This document shows positions 46,294 through 55,466 of a stretch of DNA of 64,000 nucleotides, piece after piece. The translations under genes were made by a program, and so were the position numbers. This DNA is from Vicinamibacterales bacterium (GTDB lineage Bacteria > Acidobacteriota > Vicinamibacteria > Vicinamibacterales > 2-12-FULL-66-21). The first letter of the stretch is position 1. Each line of letters begins with the position of its first letter. Location: NCBI GenBank assembly GCA_038320555.1, contig JBBQEJ010000001.1:17222-81221 (forward strand), given 5' to 3'. The notes beneath the pieces were generated by a model. It was given only the letters and a program-made list of their open reading frames with translations. It had not been told where the DNA came from and ran no database searches.

Positions 46294-47210
46294 ACCGGGG
46301 TCAGCGGTGCCCTGCCCGACAGCACCTCAAGCACGTTTCTGACCGCAAGATCGGCCATCGCGGTCCGTGTTTCGCGTGTGGCGCTGCCGAGGTGCGGCGC
46401 AAGCACGACGTTGTCGAGCGTAAGGAGTCCTTGAGGGACGAACGGTTCCTTGTCGAAGACGTCGAGCGCGGCGCCCGCGATCATGTGCTCTTTCAGTGCC
46501 CAGACGAGCGCGTCTTCGTCGACGATCGAGCCCCGCGCGGTGTTCACGAGGAGCGCGGATCGTTTCATCCGCGCAAGCGTGCGGCGGCCGATCAGATGCC
46601 GGGTCTCCGGCGTGGCGGGCGTATGGATGGAAATCACGTCGGAGCTGACGAGCAGCTCGTCGAGCGACATGTCGTGCTTCGCAAAGACTGCCGTCATCCC
46701 GAACGCCGGCGCCTTTGCCGCCACCGCGCGACCGATCCGCCCCCGTCCGACAATACCCAGCTGCTTGCCACGAAGCTCCATCCCCAGCATGAAATCGAGC
46801 GCCCAACCCGTCCATCCGCCGCGGCGAATCAACCGATCGCCTTCCGCAATCCGCCTGGCGAGCGTGAGAATCAAGCCCCAGGTCAGCTCGGCCGTCGCCT
46901 CGGTCAGGACGTTGGGCGTGTTGGTCACCACTACGCCGCGCGTCTTGACGGCCGGCACGTCGATGTTGTCGTAGCCCACGGCAATGTTCGCGACGATCTT
47001 GAGCCCCGGCAGGCCCGCGTCCACCACAGCGCTGTCGATCCGATCCGTCAGGAGACAGATCAGTCCTTCCTTCCCCGCGATCCGTTCTTTCAGTTCCTCG
47101 ACCGAGAGCGGAGTCGGACCGTCGTGCAGATCGACATCGCAGGCCGATTCGAGGCGTGCAAATGCAGCGGACGGGATTCGGCGGGTCAGAAGAACGGAGG
47201 GTTTTTTCAC
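46290..47210 (-). CDS. D-isomer-specific 2-hydroxyacid dehydrogenase (glyoxylate/hydroxypyruvate reductase-like)
   Basis: GIVGRGRIGRAVA NAD motif, NTARGSIVDE and APHLGSAT. Confidence 0.85.
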   Translation of the reverse strand: MKKPSVLLTRRIPSAAFARLESACDVDLHDGPTPLSVEELKERIAGKEGLICLLTDRIDSAVVDAGLPGLKIVANIAVGYDNIDVPAVKTRGVVVTNTPNVLTEATAELTWGLILTLARRIAEGDRLIRRGGWTGWALDFMLGMELRGKQLGIVGRGRIGRAVAAKAPAFGMTAVFAKHDMSLDELLVSSDVISIHTPATPETRHLIGRRTLARMKRSALLVNTARGSIVDEDALVWALKEHMIAGAALDVFDKEPFVPQGLLTLDNVVLAPHLGSATRETRTAMADLAVRNVLEVLSGRAPLTPV

Positions 47211-47216
47211 AGCCTT

Positions 47217-47331
<115 letters not shown>

Positions 47332-47335
<4 letters not shown>

Positions 47336-47538
47336 TGTCCGTGCGATTCGCAGTAGCCGCAGTGATTGCACAGCACGTTGGGCTCGATCACGCAGGGACC
47401 GCCCGACGGCGGCAGCGCGTAGCGATAGTGGCTGGCGTGCTGCACGAGCACGGCAGGAACCTCGACCGTTTCCTCGCTTCCTGCCAGACGCCTGGCCACG
47501 GCCTCCCGTACCATCTGGCGCAGCATCTCCTCGTTCAT
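47332..47538 (-). CDS. 68-aa Cys-rich protein with an encapsulation-peptide-like N-terminus (BMC-associated)
   Basis: MNEEMLRQMVREAVARRLAG is an amphipathic helix. The C-terminus is C-x7-C-x2-C-x2-C-ESHGH. ATGA overlap with the upstream BMC-P gene. Confidence 0.55.
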
Positions 47539-47813
47539 ACGTCGTCCTTGTAATCGACCACGTCGACAATGCCGATCACCGCCGCGTCCACCGCCGCCGC
47601 CTTGCGTCCGAGCGCGTCGCCGGCTGCCTTCCCTTCGATGACGACCAGCACGCGCTCATCAACACCGGCTCCCACGGAGTCGATCGCGATCAACGCCACG
47701 CCGCGCGGCGTGCCCTCGAGCGTCAGCGGCTGCACGAGGAGCAGCTTCGCACCTTCGAGCTTCCGGTTCTTCTGTGTCGACACGACCGTGCCCACGACGC
47801 GACAAATCTGCAT
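47535..47813 (-). CDS. BMC vertex protein (BMC-P, EutN/CcmL family), paralog 3
   Basis: MQICRVVGTVVSTQK...AIDSVGAGVDERVLV...DAAVIGIVD is the canonical EutN pattern. Confidence 0.85.
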   Translation of the reverse strand: MQICRVVGTVVSTQKNRKLEGAKLLLVQPLTLEGTPRGVALIAIDSVGAGVDERVLVVIEGKAAGDALGRKAAAVDAAVIGIVDVVDYKDDV

Positions 47814-47887
47814 GCTTCAGTTGCCAGGTTCCAGTTACCGGTTTCCAGTTTTCCAGCCGCTAGCCGCCAGCCGCCAGCCGCTTTAGA
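47814..47887. repeat. CCAGTT-type units plus GCCGCTAGCCGCC in a BMC intra-operon spacer
   Basis: TTGCCAGGTTCCAGTTACCGGTTTCCAGTTTTCCAGCCGCTAGCCGCCAGCCGCCAGCCGC combines the motif families seen at 20622-20696 and 5487-5562. Confidence 0.85.
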
Positions 47888-48184
47888 TCAGCGACGGATT
47901 GGAAAATCGAGATCTGACCCCGCCAGATTCCAGTGATCGACGATCCCGACGATCGCGGCGTCGACTGGAGGCTCGGCGGGATAGAACGGAAACGCAGCCT
48001 CGCGGCCGCGAACGAAGAACACATGCTCGCCGGCGCCGGCGCCGACCGAGTCGACCGCCACGAGCGTGCGCCCTGCGCGCTCGCCGGTCGCGGCAATCGG
48101 CTGAAGCACGAGCAGCTTGGTGCTGACAAGGTTCACGTCCTTCACGCTCGCGACTACCTCGCCAATTACCCGGGCCAGCTGCAT
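47888..48184 (-). CDS. BMC vertex protein (BMC-P, EutN/CcmL family), paralog 2
   Basis: MQLARVIGEVVASVK...AVDSVGAGAGEHVF...DAAIVGIVD. Confidence 0.85.
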   Translation of the reverse strand: MQLARVIGEVVASVKDVNLVSTKLLVLQPIAATGERAGRTLVAVDSVGAGAGEHVFFVRGREAAFPFYPAEPPVDAAIVGIVDHWNLAGSDLDFPIRR

Positions 48185-48185
48185 G

Positions 48186-48464
48186 TCAGGAGTCGCCTTC
48201 CTTCACCTGGATCGTATCGACGATGCCGACGATGGCCGCATCGACCGGGCAGTCTTTCATGCCCGCCGCCATGCGGGCCGAGCTGCCGCTCACGATGAGC
48301 ACCGTCTCCCCGAAGCCGGCGTCCACCGTATCGACCGCGACCAGGTACGTCCCCTCCGGCTTGCCGTAGGGATCGACCGGACGCGCGATGAGCAGCTTGT
48401 TGCTGACGAGCCGCTCGTCCTTTCGCGTCGCGACGACAGTCCCCACGATCTTGGCGACGATCAT
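48186..48464 (-). CDS. BMC vertex protein (BMC-P, EutN/CcmL family), paralog 1
   Basis: [15 protein letters not shown]...[15 protein letters not shown]...DAAIVGIVD. Confidence 0.85.
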   Translation of the reverse strand: MIVAKIVGTVVATRKDERLVSNKLLIARPVDPYGKPEGTYLVAVDTVDAGFGETVLIVSGSSARMAAGMKDCPVDAAIVGIVDTIQVKEGDS

Positions 48465-48754
48465 TTCGTGGTGGCGTTCGCCTTACCGATCGGGAGCGCG
48501 TCTTCGAGGTTGGCGTGCGGGCGCGGAATCACGTGCACCGACACCAGCTCGCCCACACGCCGTGCGGCGGCCGCCCCGGCGTCGGTCGCGGCCTTCACCG
48601 CGGCCACGTCGCCGCGCACGATCGCCGTCACGTACCCGGCGCCAATTTTTTCCCAGCCAACCAGCGTGACCTTCGCGGCCTTGACCATCGCGTCGGCCGC
48701 CTCGATCATCGCGACGAGACCCTTAGTCTCGACCATGCCGAGCGCCTCACCCAT
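48461..48754 (-). CDS. BMC shell hexamer protein (BMC-H, PduA/EutM-like)
   Basis: [27 protein letters not shown]...[11 protein letters not shown]...VHVIPRPH. Confidence 0.9.
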   Translation of the reverse strand: MGEALGMVETKGLVAMIEAADAMVKAAKVTLVGWEKIGAGYVTAIVRGDVAAVKAATDAGAAAARRVGELVSVHVIPRPHANLEDALPIGKANATTK

Positions 48755-48831
48755 GCGTTGCCTCCTGCGCTTTCAGCTACCAGCTACCAGCCGCGAGCCG
48801 CCAGGGCTCTCTGCTAGCCGACAGCCGCTGA
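48755..48831. repeat. CAGCTAC/CAGCCGC-type repeat units in the aldolase to BMC-H spacer
   Basis: CAGCTACCAGCTACCAGCCGCGAGCCGCCAGGGCTCTCTGCTAGCCGACAGCCGCTG. Confidence 0.7.
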
Positions 48832-49686
48832 CTATTTCAGATGTTTGACCGCTTCCTCTATTAATGCCGTGAGCTCGCGGTATGTTAGCCGAATTTCGTC
48901 ATCCGCACCTATGGGACTCATCCGCCCGGGAACGAGGCGCTCGCCGCCGGCGGAAGGAGGCGCGAACAGGACCTGACAGTCCTCCGACGCACTCTCGGAC
49001 GCCGCAACGGGATCGGAGCAGATCGGCGCCGGCGCGGCGATGCCGTACCGGCCCCTGAGTCCCTGCAGGCGCATGACTTCGTCGCGTGAGAGCAACCGCT
49101 CGCCACCGAGCATCCGGGCGACAAAGCTGATGTTCGCGAAGTGCTCGATCGTCTCCATCTTGTAATACGCGGAGAACAAATCGGCGCCGAGCGTCAGCGC
49201 GCCGTGATTCGCGAGCAGCATGCCGTCGTGCGCCTTGACGTATTTGCGCACGGCCTCGGGCAGCTCCTTCGTTGACGGCGTGGCGTACTCCGCGATCGGC
49301 ACGCTCCCGAGCGTGGTCACGACTTCGGCAAGCACGGCACGATCGAGCGGGATTCCGGCAACCGCGAAGGCCGTCGCTACGGGCGGATGGGCGTGAACCA
49401 CCGCCTGAATCTCCGGGCGCTGTCGGTACACCTCGAGATGCATCTGCATCTCCGACGACGGGTTCCGCTCGCCGGCGAGCTTCCTGCCCTCGAGATCGGT
49501 AATGACCATCATCTGCTCGTTCATGAACCCTTTGCAGACGTTTGTGGGGGTCATGAGGAGCCGCTCGGCATCGAGCCGGACGCTGATATTGCCGTCGTTC
49601 GATGCCGTGTACCCGCGTGCGTACAGACGTCGGCCGACTTCGACGATATCGGTCCGGAGCTGGGATTCGAGGGGTGCCATCGCCAT
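48832..49686 (-). CDS. class II aldolase (fuculose/rhamnulose-phosphate aldolase-like) with a C-terminal extension
   Basis: SNDGNISVR, VVHAHPPVATAF and LANHGALTLG motifs. A low-complexity linker of about 60 aa ends in the amphipathic helix LTYRELTALIEEAVKHLK. Confidence 0.85.
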   Translation of the reverse strand: MAMAPLESQLRTDIVEVGRRLYARGYTASNDGNISVRLDAERLLMTPTNVCKGFMNEQMMVITDLEGRKLAGERNPSSEMQMHLEVYRQRPEIQAVVHAHPPVATAFAVAGIPLDRAVLAEVVTTLGSVPIAEYATPSTKELPEAVRKYVKAHDGMLLANHGALTLGADLFSAYYKMETIEHFANISFVARMLGGERLLSRDEVMRLQGLRGRYGIAAPAPICSDPVAASESASEDCQVLFAPPSAGGERLVPGRMSPIGADDEIRLTYRELTALIEEAVKHLK

Positions 49687-49828
49687 GTCTATGGAGAGAC
49701 GAAGATAACGGTTTTAACAACGAAGCAACGAAGTAATGGAGAAAAAACAAGATTGCTTTGGTTTTCTTCGTTCTTTCTCCGTTTACTTCGTTCCTTCGTT
49801 GTGAACCTCGTTCCCTTCGTCCCCTCCG
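49687..49828. repeat. CTTCGTT-family inverted-repeat element, copy A
   Basis: AACAACGAAGCAACGAAGTAATGGAGAAA ... TTTCTCCGTTTACTTCGTTCCTTCGTTGTGAAC are near-complementary arms of about 30 nt. CTTCGTTGTGAAC sits at 49794-49806. Confidence 0.85.
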
Positions 49829-50077
49829 TTATTTCCCGGACCATTCTCTCCTGCACTTCTCGGAACAAAAATGACGGGTCGCCGAACCCGTTCCGCTTGT
49901 CAGCGCCTGGCCGGGCACGACGAAGACCCCGCACACAGGATCGCGGACCAGGCCGACGCTGCGCTGGACCGATGGGTCGCGCGTGTAGCCCGCCCCCTCG
50001 ATCACACCACGCAGCAGCCGCGCCAGCGATCGCGCGAACAGAACAATCAGGACGGCCCAGAGGATCAGCTTCGCCAT
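49829..50077 (-). CDS. small membrane-anchored protein with a Cys-rich zinc-ribbon-like C-terminus
   Basis: MAKLILWAVLIVLFARSL anchor, then DPVCGVFVVPGQAL...HFCSEKCRREW. The family name (PP0621-like) is from memory only. Confidence 0.5.
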   Translation of the reverse strand: MAKLILWAVLIVLFARSLARLLRGVIEGAGYTRDPSVQRSVGLVRDPVCGVFVVPGQALTSGTGSATRHFCSEKCRREWSGK

Positions 50078-50087
50078 GCGACTCAGG

Positions 50088-50702
50088 CTAGCCCGGGGAT
50101 TTCGGTGTTTCGGCCGCGCCACCCCTGCCGTGGCCCGCACGAAGGCCGTCGAGCCCCTTCTTTGCGACCGCCGCTTCCGGACTGTCCGGCGCCACGTCGA
50201 GGACGCGCTGCCACGCCTGCTCCGCTCCGTCCAGATCCTGCTTCGCGAATGCCCGGACGATGCCGATGTTGAGGAGCGTCTTCGAATGCTTCGGATCGAT
50301 CGAAAGCGATTTGTCGAATTGCGCAAGTGCGCGATCGGGTTGATTCGAATAGTAGTACGCAATGCCGAGATCGGTGCTGGCGTTGACGTTCCTGGGATCG
50401 ACCTTCAGCGCTTCTTCGTACCAGTGCCTCGCGTCGTCGTATCGCTCCGCGTCGAAGTACAGGTTTCCAAGCTGCACCCGAGTCTCCGTGTCGGACGGAT
50501 TGCGCTCGGCGGAGGCCTTCAACGCGGTCGCGCGCGACTGATCGAAGGGTGGTTGCGCCTGTGCCGAGGGGACAGCGGCAGCCGGCGCGGATGCAGCCGG
50601 CGGCGGCGCGACCCCGGTCGCCTGCTGGCTGCCAATGATCCAACCGACCAGCACGCCGAAGAAAATGCCGGCGACGCCGAACACAACAGAGTCTCTTCGC
50701 AT
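50088..50702 (-). CDS. membrane-anchored TPR-repeat protein
   Basis: N-terminal TM segment, a Pro/Ala linker, then TPR units (LGNLYFDAERYDDARHWYEEALKVDP...). Confidence 0.75.
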   Translation of the reverse strand: MRRDSVVFGVAGIFFGVLVGWIIGSQQATGVAPPPAASAPAAAVPSAQAQPPFDQSRATALKASAERNPSDTETRVQLGNLYFDAERYDDARHWYEEALKVDPRNVNASTDLGIAYYYSNQPDRALAQFDKSLSIDPKHSKTLLNIGIVRAFAKQDLDGAEQAWQRVLDVAPDSPEAAVAKKGLDGLRAGHGRGGAAETPKSPG

Positions 50703-50807
50703 TGATAGGGCTTCGAGCTCAGGGCTTGAGGCTAAACTTCGAGTCGTGACTCCGGCCTTGGCCCTAAGACCAACCCTGGACCTGAGCCGTGCAACCTGAG
50801 CCCTGGA
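50703..50807. repeat. GAGCTCAGGGCTTGAGG ... CCTGAGCCCTGG repeat element
   Basis: Shares CAGGGCT/GAGCCCTG units with the 9759-9835 element. Confidence 0.6.
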
Positions 50808-51587
50808 TCATAACAACGTCCGATGGAACCAGTCCACCAGGGTGCGTGCGAGATCCGGATCGTGCCCGAGCATGACCGTGCCATGACCGGCGCGGTTCAT
50901 CACGAGGACTTCGCGGGCGCCGCCGCCGGCTTTCTGAAGATTCCTGGCCGAGCGCAGGGCGTAAGGATCGTCGTCGCTCGCGATGATCAGCGCCGGGTGC
51001 GGGCCGTACTTTTTCATGGCGGCTTCGATGCGCAGGCCGCGGTAGTCGAGCGACGGCGACAGCAGGGCCAGGCTGGCGACGCCGGGATCGCCGGCCGCTT
51101 CGAGCACGGCGAGGTTCGCACCGATCGAAGCGCCCGCAATTCCCACGCGCGATTGCTGCACGTCGCCCCGCGACGCCAGGTATCGCCGGGCGGCGGCGAC
51201 GTCGCGGACGAGCGCGGAGTAATCGGGCGCTTCACCTTCCTGAAGACCACCTGACGATTCGCCGTGCCCGCGCAGATCGATCGCCAGCGCGCCAATGCCC
51301 TCGGCCGCGAGCCGGGTGGCCACGGAGTCCCAGTCGCGCCTGGACTTGTGGAGCATGTGCACGAGGATGACGGCCGGCGCGGATCGAGGCCCTGGTTCGT
51401 ACCACGTGGCAGCCAGCGAAATCCCGTCGTCGGTGCGAATGGTGACGCGCTGTGTCCCGGCGGCGGCCCCGGCAGCGGGAAGAATGGCGAACAACGTCAG
51501 CGCCACGGCGAGCGCACGGAGCGAATGGATCGGGTCGGCGTGCCGCCTGCGCGCGCATCGCGTTGTCGGGCCGGGCCCTACTTCCAT
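50808..51587 (-). CDS. secreted alpha/beta hydrolase
   Basis: VILVHMLHKSRRDW, DLRGHGES and the nucleophile elbow GASIGAN. Confidence 0.75.
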   Translation of the reverse strand: MEVGPGPTTRCARRRHADPIHSLRALAVALTLFAILPAAGAAAGTQRVTIRTDDGISLAATWYEPGPRSAPAVILVHMLHKSRRDWDSVATRLAAEGIGALAIDLRGHGESSGGLQEGEAPDYSALVRDVAAARRYLASRGDVQQSRVGIAGASIGANLAVLEAAGDPGVASLALLSPSLDYRGLRIEAAMKKYGPHPALIIASDDDPYALRSARNLQKAGGGAREVLVMNRAGHGTVMLGHDPDLARTLVDWFHRTLL

Positions 51588-52309
51588 AGCAAGACGACCA
51601 TATCCCGTACCGCGCGATCCATGCCGACCAGCGCGGCGCGCGCCACGATGCTGTGGCCGATGTTGAGCTCGACGATTTCGGTGATCGTGACAATGGGAAT
51701 CACGTTCGTGTAGTTCAGGCCATGACCGGCGAGAACCTCGAGGTCGTGGCGGGCAGCGAGGCGGGCGGCTTCAGCAAGTCGCACGAGCTCCGCATGACGG
51801 GCATCAGCCGGGGCGTCCGCGTATCGGCCTGTGTTGATCTCGACGGCATCGGCGCCCACCGCCTTGGCCTTGCGCACCTGATCCGCATCGGCGTCGAGGA
51901 AAATGCTGACGCGCACGGCAGCCTCGTGCATCTGACGGATGAAGTCCTTGACGGCGGCGGCCTGCAGCACCACGTCGAGCCCCCCTTCGGTCGTCAATTC
52001 CTGGGGGCGCTCCGGCACGAGCGTGACCTGATCCGGACGGATCTGCAGCGCCACGCGCGCCATGTCGGCGGTCACCGCCATCTCGACGTTCAGCTTCGTG
52101 GCGATCGTCTTTCGAAGAAGCTCGAGGTCGCGGTCCTTGATGTGACGGCGATCACTTCTCAGGTGGACGGTGATCCCCTGCGCGCCGGCCATTTCCGCGG
52201 CAATCGCGGCAGCCACCGGCTCGGGCTCGCGCGCCTTACGTGCTTCCCGCAGGGTGGCGATGTGATCGATGTTGACCGCTAAGCGCATCGGCTGACTTCT
52301 CTTCGACAT
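51578..52309 (-). CDS. pdxJ: pyridoxine 5'-phosphate synthase
   Basis: LAVNIDHIATLR, EPDPV-like, HLRSDRRHI and LNIGHSIV motifs. Confidence 0.9.
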   Translation of the reverse strand: MSKRSQPMRLAVNIDHIATLREARKAREPEPVAAAIAAEMAGAQGITVHLRSDRRHIKDRDLELLRKTIATKLNVEMAVTADMARVALQIRPDQVTLVPERPQELTTEGGLDVVLQAAAVKDFIRQMHEAAVRVSIFLDADADQVRKAKAVGADAVEINTGRYADAPADARHAELVRLAEAARLAARHDLEVLAGHGLNYTNVIPIVTITEIVELNIGHSIVARAALVGMDRAVRDMVVLLWK

Positions 52310-52327
52310 TCCCGTAAGGGAACCGCT

Positions 52328-53677
52328 TCATCCCAGGTGTTCGCGTACGGCGCCGGCAATTTCGGCCGCCCACGCCTGAATCTGCTGTTGATCCTTCCCC
52401 TCGATCATCACGCGCAGCAGCGGTTCGGTGCCGGAATAGCGGACGAGCAGGCGGCCCTCGCCTGCGAGGCGGCTTTCCACGCGCGCCATTGCGTCCGCGA
52501 TCGACGGCACGGCCGCCAGCTCCTGCTTTTCGCGGACGCGCACGTTCACGAGCACCTGCGGATACGTCACGAGCTCGGAGGCGAGATCCGCCAGCTCGCG
52601 CCCGCTTTCAACCATCACGCGCAGGACGCTGAGGGCCGTCACGATGCCATCCCCCGTGAACAGGTGCTCGGAGAAGATGATATGCCCCGATTGCTCGCCG
52701 CCGATCGAGAGGTCGCGCTTGATCATCTCCTCCATGACGTACTTGTCGCCGACCGCGCATCGAACGAGATCGATGCGGCTGTCGCGAAGGGCAATCTCGA
52801 GGCCGATGTTGCTCATGACGGTGGCGACGACGGCATTTCCCTTCAGCCGGCCGCCCTGCTTCCAATGGCGGGCGCACATGAGCAGGACCGCGTCGCCGTC
52901 GACCACGCCGCCGTCGGCGTCGACAAAAATCGCCCTGTCGCCGTCGCCATCGAAAGCCACCCCCATGCGGCAGCTCAGAGCACGAACCGCCCTGGCGATC
53001 TGTTCCGGGTGCGTGGACCCGGAGTCGAGGTTGATGTTGCGGCCGTCGGGCGTCGCGCTCAGCACGTGAAGATCGCATCCCAGCTCGCGAAACAGCCGCG
53101 GCGCGACAGTCGTGGTGGCGCCGTTGGCCGTGTCGATCGCGAGCCTGAACGGGCCGAGCCGCCCGGCGTCCGGCAGCGCCAGCCGCGCGTGCGCGATGTA
53201 CGCGTCGATGACGTCGGTCCGATCGACCGGCACGTCGGAGGCGCCGCCCACCGACCAGGTCCGGTCGGCGATGATCGTTTCCACCTCGCGCTCGAGCGTT
53301 TCCGTGAACTTCTCCCCCTTCCCCGAGAAGACCTTGATGCCGTTGTCCTCGTATGGATTGTGCGAGGCCGAGATCACCAGGCCGGCATCGAAGCCCATTG
53401 CGCGCGTCACATAAGCGATTGCCGGCGTCGGGATGACCCCGGCACTCGTGATCTCCGCGCCGGCTGAGTGCACACCGCGCGCGAGCTCGCGCTCGATCCA
53501 TTCGCCCGATTCGCGCGTGTCGCGCCCGACCACAAATCGCAGCGGCCGACCCGGGGTGGTCGACCCGCCCATCGCGCGTACCAGCGCGCCGCCGAGGCGC
53601 GCCACCGTCTCGTGGTCGAGCGGATAGTCTCCCGCCTTTCCGCGGACGCCGTCGGTGCCAAACAGTCGATGGGCCAT
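52328..53677 (-). CDS. glmM: phosphoglucosamine mutase
   Basis: LFGTDGVRG, ISASHNPYEDNGIK and GDGDR motifs. Confidence 0.95.
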   Translation of the reverse strand: MAHRLFGTDGVRGKAGDYPLDHETVARLGGALVRAMGGSTTPGRPLRFVVGRDTRESGEWIERELARGVHSAGAEITSAGVIPTPAIAYVTRAMGFDAGLVISASHNPYEDNGIKVFSGKGEKFTETLEREVETIIADRTWSVGGASDVPVDRTDVIDAYIAHARLALPDAGRLGPFRLAIDTANGATTTVAPRLFRELGCDLHVLSATPDGRNINLDSGSTHPEQIARAVRALSCRMGVAFDGDGDRAIFVDADGGVVDGDAVLLMCARHWKQGGRLKGNAVVATVMSNIGLEIALRDSRIDLVRCAVGDKYVMEEMIKRDLSIGGEQSGHIIFSEHLFTGDGIVTALSVLRVMVESGRELADLASELVTYPQVLVNVRVREKQELAAVPSIADAMARVESRLAGEGRLLVRYSGTEPLLRVMIEGKDQQQIQAWAAEIAGAVREHLG

Positions 53678-53705
53678 ATGAAGGAGCTGGGAACGACGCG
53701 GGAAT

Positions 53706-54617
53706 CTACTTGATCGTCACGTCGACGACGGCGGGATCGATGGCGCTGACGCCGAAGGCTTGCGACGGGTCCACCTGGACGCGAAGATTGTATCGGCCGG
53801 GACCGAGGCCGGCAAGGTCCACGAACGCGTCAATGGCCCCCGCGCGGAGATCGGCTAACGCCTCCCGACGGCCGCGCACGGTCACGCGGGTCAGCGTGGG
53901 GCGGATCTGCGCGCTCAGCCCGGCGCCAAGACCGCGCCAGCGCACCGGCACGCCGGAGAGATCGCGCTCGACGGGCGCGGGAAGAACCTCGACCGTGATC
54001 GTCGCGTTCTGAGCCTGGACCAGCCGCACCGCGGAATCGGTGATCCCGACCGTGACCACGTCGTGCACGCGGGCACGCGTGCCCGTCACCTCAACCGGCT
54101 CCGTCGTCGCGCCCGTCAGTTGCCTCAAGCGGCTCTCGGGGCCCGCGACGTCGACCGTCGGCGGATCGGACGTGACACGGCCGATCACAAAGCCCGGCGC
54201 CGGCTCGCCGTCGAGCGCCGGAACGATCGGGACCGTGCGCCTCCCGGACTTCTCAAGATCGAGCGCGAGCGTGCCGGGCACGACCTGCGCGACGTCGACG
54301 CCGTACGGCGCGCGGACTTCGTCACTGCGCAGATGGAACATGCGCGAACCCGGGCGCGCGCTGCCGAGGTCCAGTACCGCGACGATGTCACGGGGCTCGA
54401 GGCGTCCCAGAAGCGCCGACGACCCGCGCAGCCGCACATCAACCGCGGTCGGCGGATCGCCGACGATCTCGAGCGACGGCGGGATGTTCCGGAACTCGAG
54501 CGGCACGCGCATGCTCCGCTCCACGAGGTGGTCCCCCGCGACGATCAGCCAGACCAGCGTCGCCAGCGCGAACGCCATCAGCTTGAGCCCGATATGACGG
54601 AATGGGTGATAGCGCAT
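53706..54617 (-). CDS. cdaR: YbbR-domain protein (CdaR-like regulator of the diadenylate cyclase)
   Basis: N-terminal anchor plus repeated YbbR-like beta modules. Its position between cdaA and glmM supports the call. Confidence 0.75.
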   Translation of the reverse strand: MRYHPFRHIGLKLMAFALATLVWLIVAGDHLVERSMRVPLEFRNIPPSLEIVGDPPTAVDVRLRGSSALLGRLEPRDIVAVLDLGSARPGSRMFHLRSDEVRAPYGVDVAQVVPGTLALDLEKSGRRTVPIVPALDGEPAPGFVIGRVTSDPPTVDVAGPESRLRQLTGATTEPVEVTGTRARVHDVVTVGITDSAVRLVQAQNATITVEVLPAPVERDLSGVPVRWRGLGAGLSAQIRPTLTRVTVRGRREALADLRAGAIDAFVDLAGLGPGRYNLRVQVDPSQAFGVSAIDPAVVDVTIK

Positions 54618-54618
54618 C

Positions 54619-54653
54619 CAATCCCTATTCCCTAATCGAATCGCGAATCGCTA
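54619..54653. repeat. five phased heptamers in the cdaA-cdaR spacer
   Basis: CAATCCC TATTCCC TAATCGA ATCGCGA ATCGCTA is the reverse-complement flavour of the GATTCG/TTAGGGA units at 47294-47328. Confidence 0.75.
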
Positions 54654-55466
54654 CACATCGTAGGCCCTCGACCCGATGCGCCTGCTCGCCTTGCGCGTTG
54701 TGACGAGGGACCGCAAGCGGCTGCGGAGATCGTCGGGGCTCAAGCCCCGCTCGATGCGGCCGTCGATCGCCAGCGAGATCTGCCCGGTCTCCTCGGACAC
54801 GATGACCGCGACGGCGTCCCCCTCCTCCGTCAGGCCGATGGCGGCGCGATGCCGCGTGCCGAGCTCGCGGCTCACGCGCGGGTTCACGGTCAGCGGAAGG
54901 AAGCAGGCCGCCGCCGCGACCCGGTTCTCCTGCAGGATCACCGCACCGTCGTGCAGCGCCGATCCCCGGTGAAAGATCGTGACGAGCAGATCGTAAGTCA
55001 GCGTCGCATCGAGCGGAATCCCACTCTCGATGTAATTGCGCAGGCCAATCTCCCGCTCGACCGCCACAATCGCTCCCACCTTGTGCGCGGACAGCATCGT
55101 GGCGGCCACGACGATCTCTTCGATGGTTTCGTCGGCCGCTTCCTGCCTGTAGAAATAGCGGAAAAATGGCGCCTGGCCGAAATGCGCGAGGGCGCGACGG
55201 ATGTCCGACTGGAAGATCACGATTGCGGCAAACGCAACGTAGACAAGCATGTTGCGGATCAGCCAGTTCACGGTCTGCAGCGGAGCGAGCCGCGACACGT
55301 AGAACAGCGCGACGATGATGAGGGAACCGACGCCCATCTGGACAGCGCGCGTGCCCCTGATGAGCAGCAGGAACTCATAGATCAGGAAGGCGACGATCGC
55401 GATGTCGAGCAGATCCCACCAGCCCACCGGCGGCCGGCGCAGGACGCTGGCAAGATAGTCCATCAT
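54651..55466 (-). CDS. cdaA: diadenylate cyclase (membrane-bound, CdaA type)
   Basis: Three N-terminal TM segments, with HDGAVIL, LGTRHRAA and VSEETG DAC-domain motifs. Confidence 0.9.
   Translation of the reverse strand: MMDYLASVLRRPPVGWWDLLDIAIVAFLIYEFLLLIRGTRAVQMGVGSLIIVALFYVSRLAPLQTVNWLIRNMLVYVAFAAIVIFQSDIRRALAHFGQAPFFRYFYRQEAADETIEEIVVAATMLSAHKVGAIVAVEREIGLRNYIESGIPLDATLTYDLLVTIFHRGSALHDGAVILQENRVAAAACFLPLTVNPRVSRELGTRHRAAIGLTEEGDAVAVIVSEETGQISLAIDGRIERGLSPDDLRSRLRSLVTTRKASRRIGSRAYDV

Noticed and set aside
46290-47210. 2-hydroxyacid dehydrogenase as an encapsulated BMC enzyme
   Set aside because: It has no N- or C-terminal extension resembling an encapsulation helix. It is separated from the BMC genes by a 120-nt repeat spacer and is translationally coupled to nth instead. 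A functional link remains possible but unsupported.
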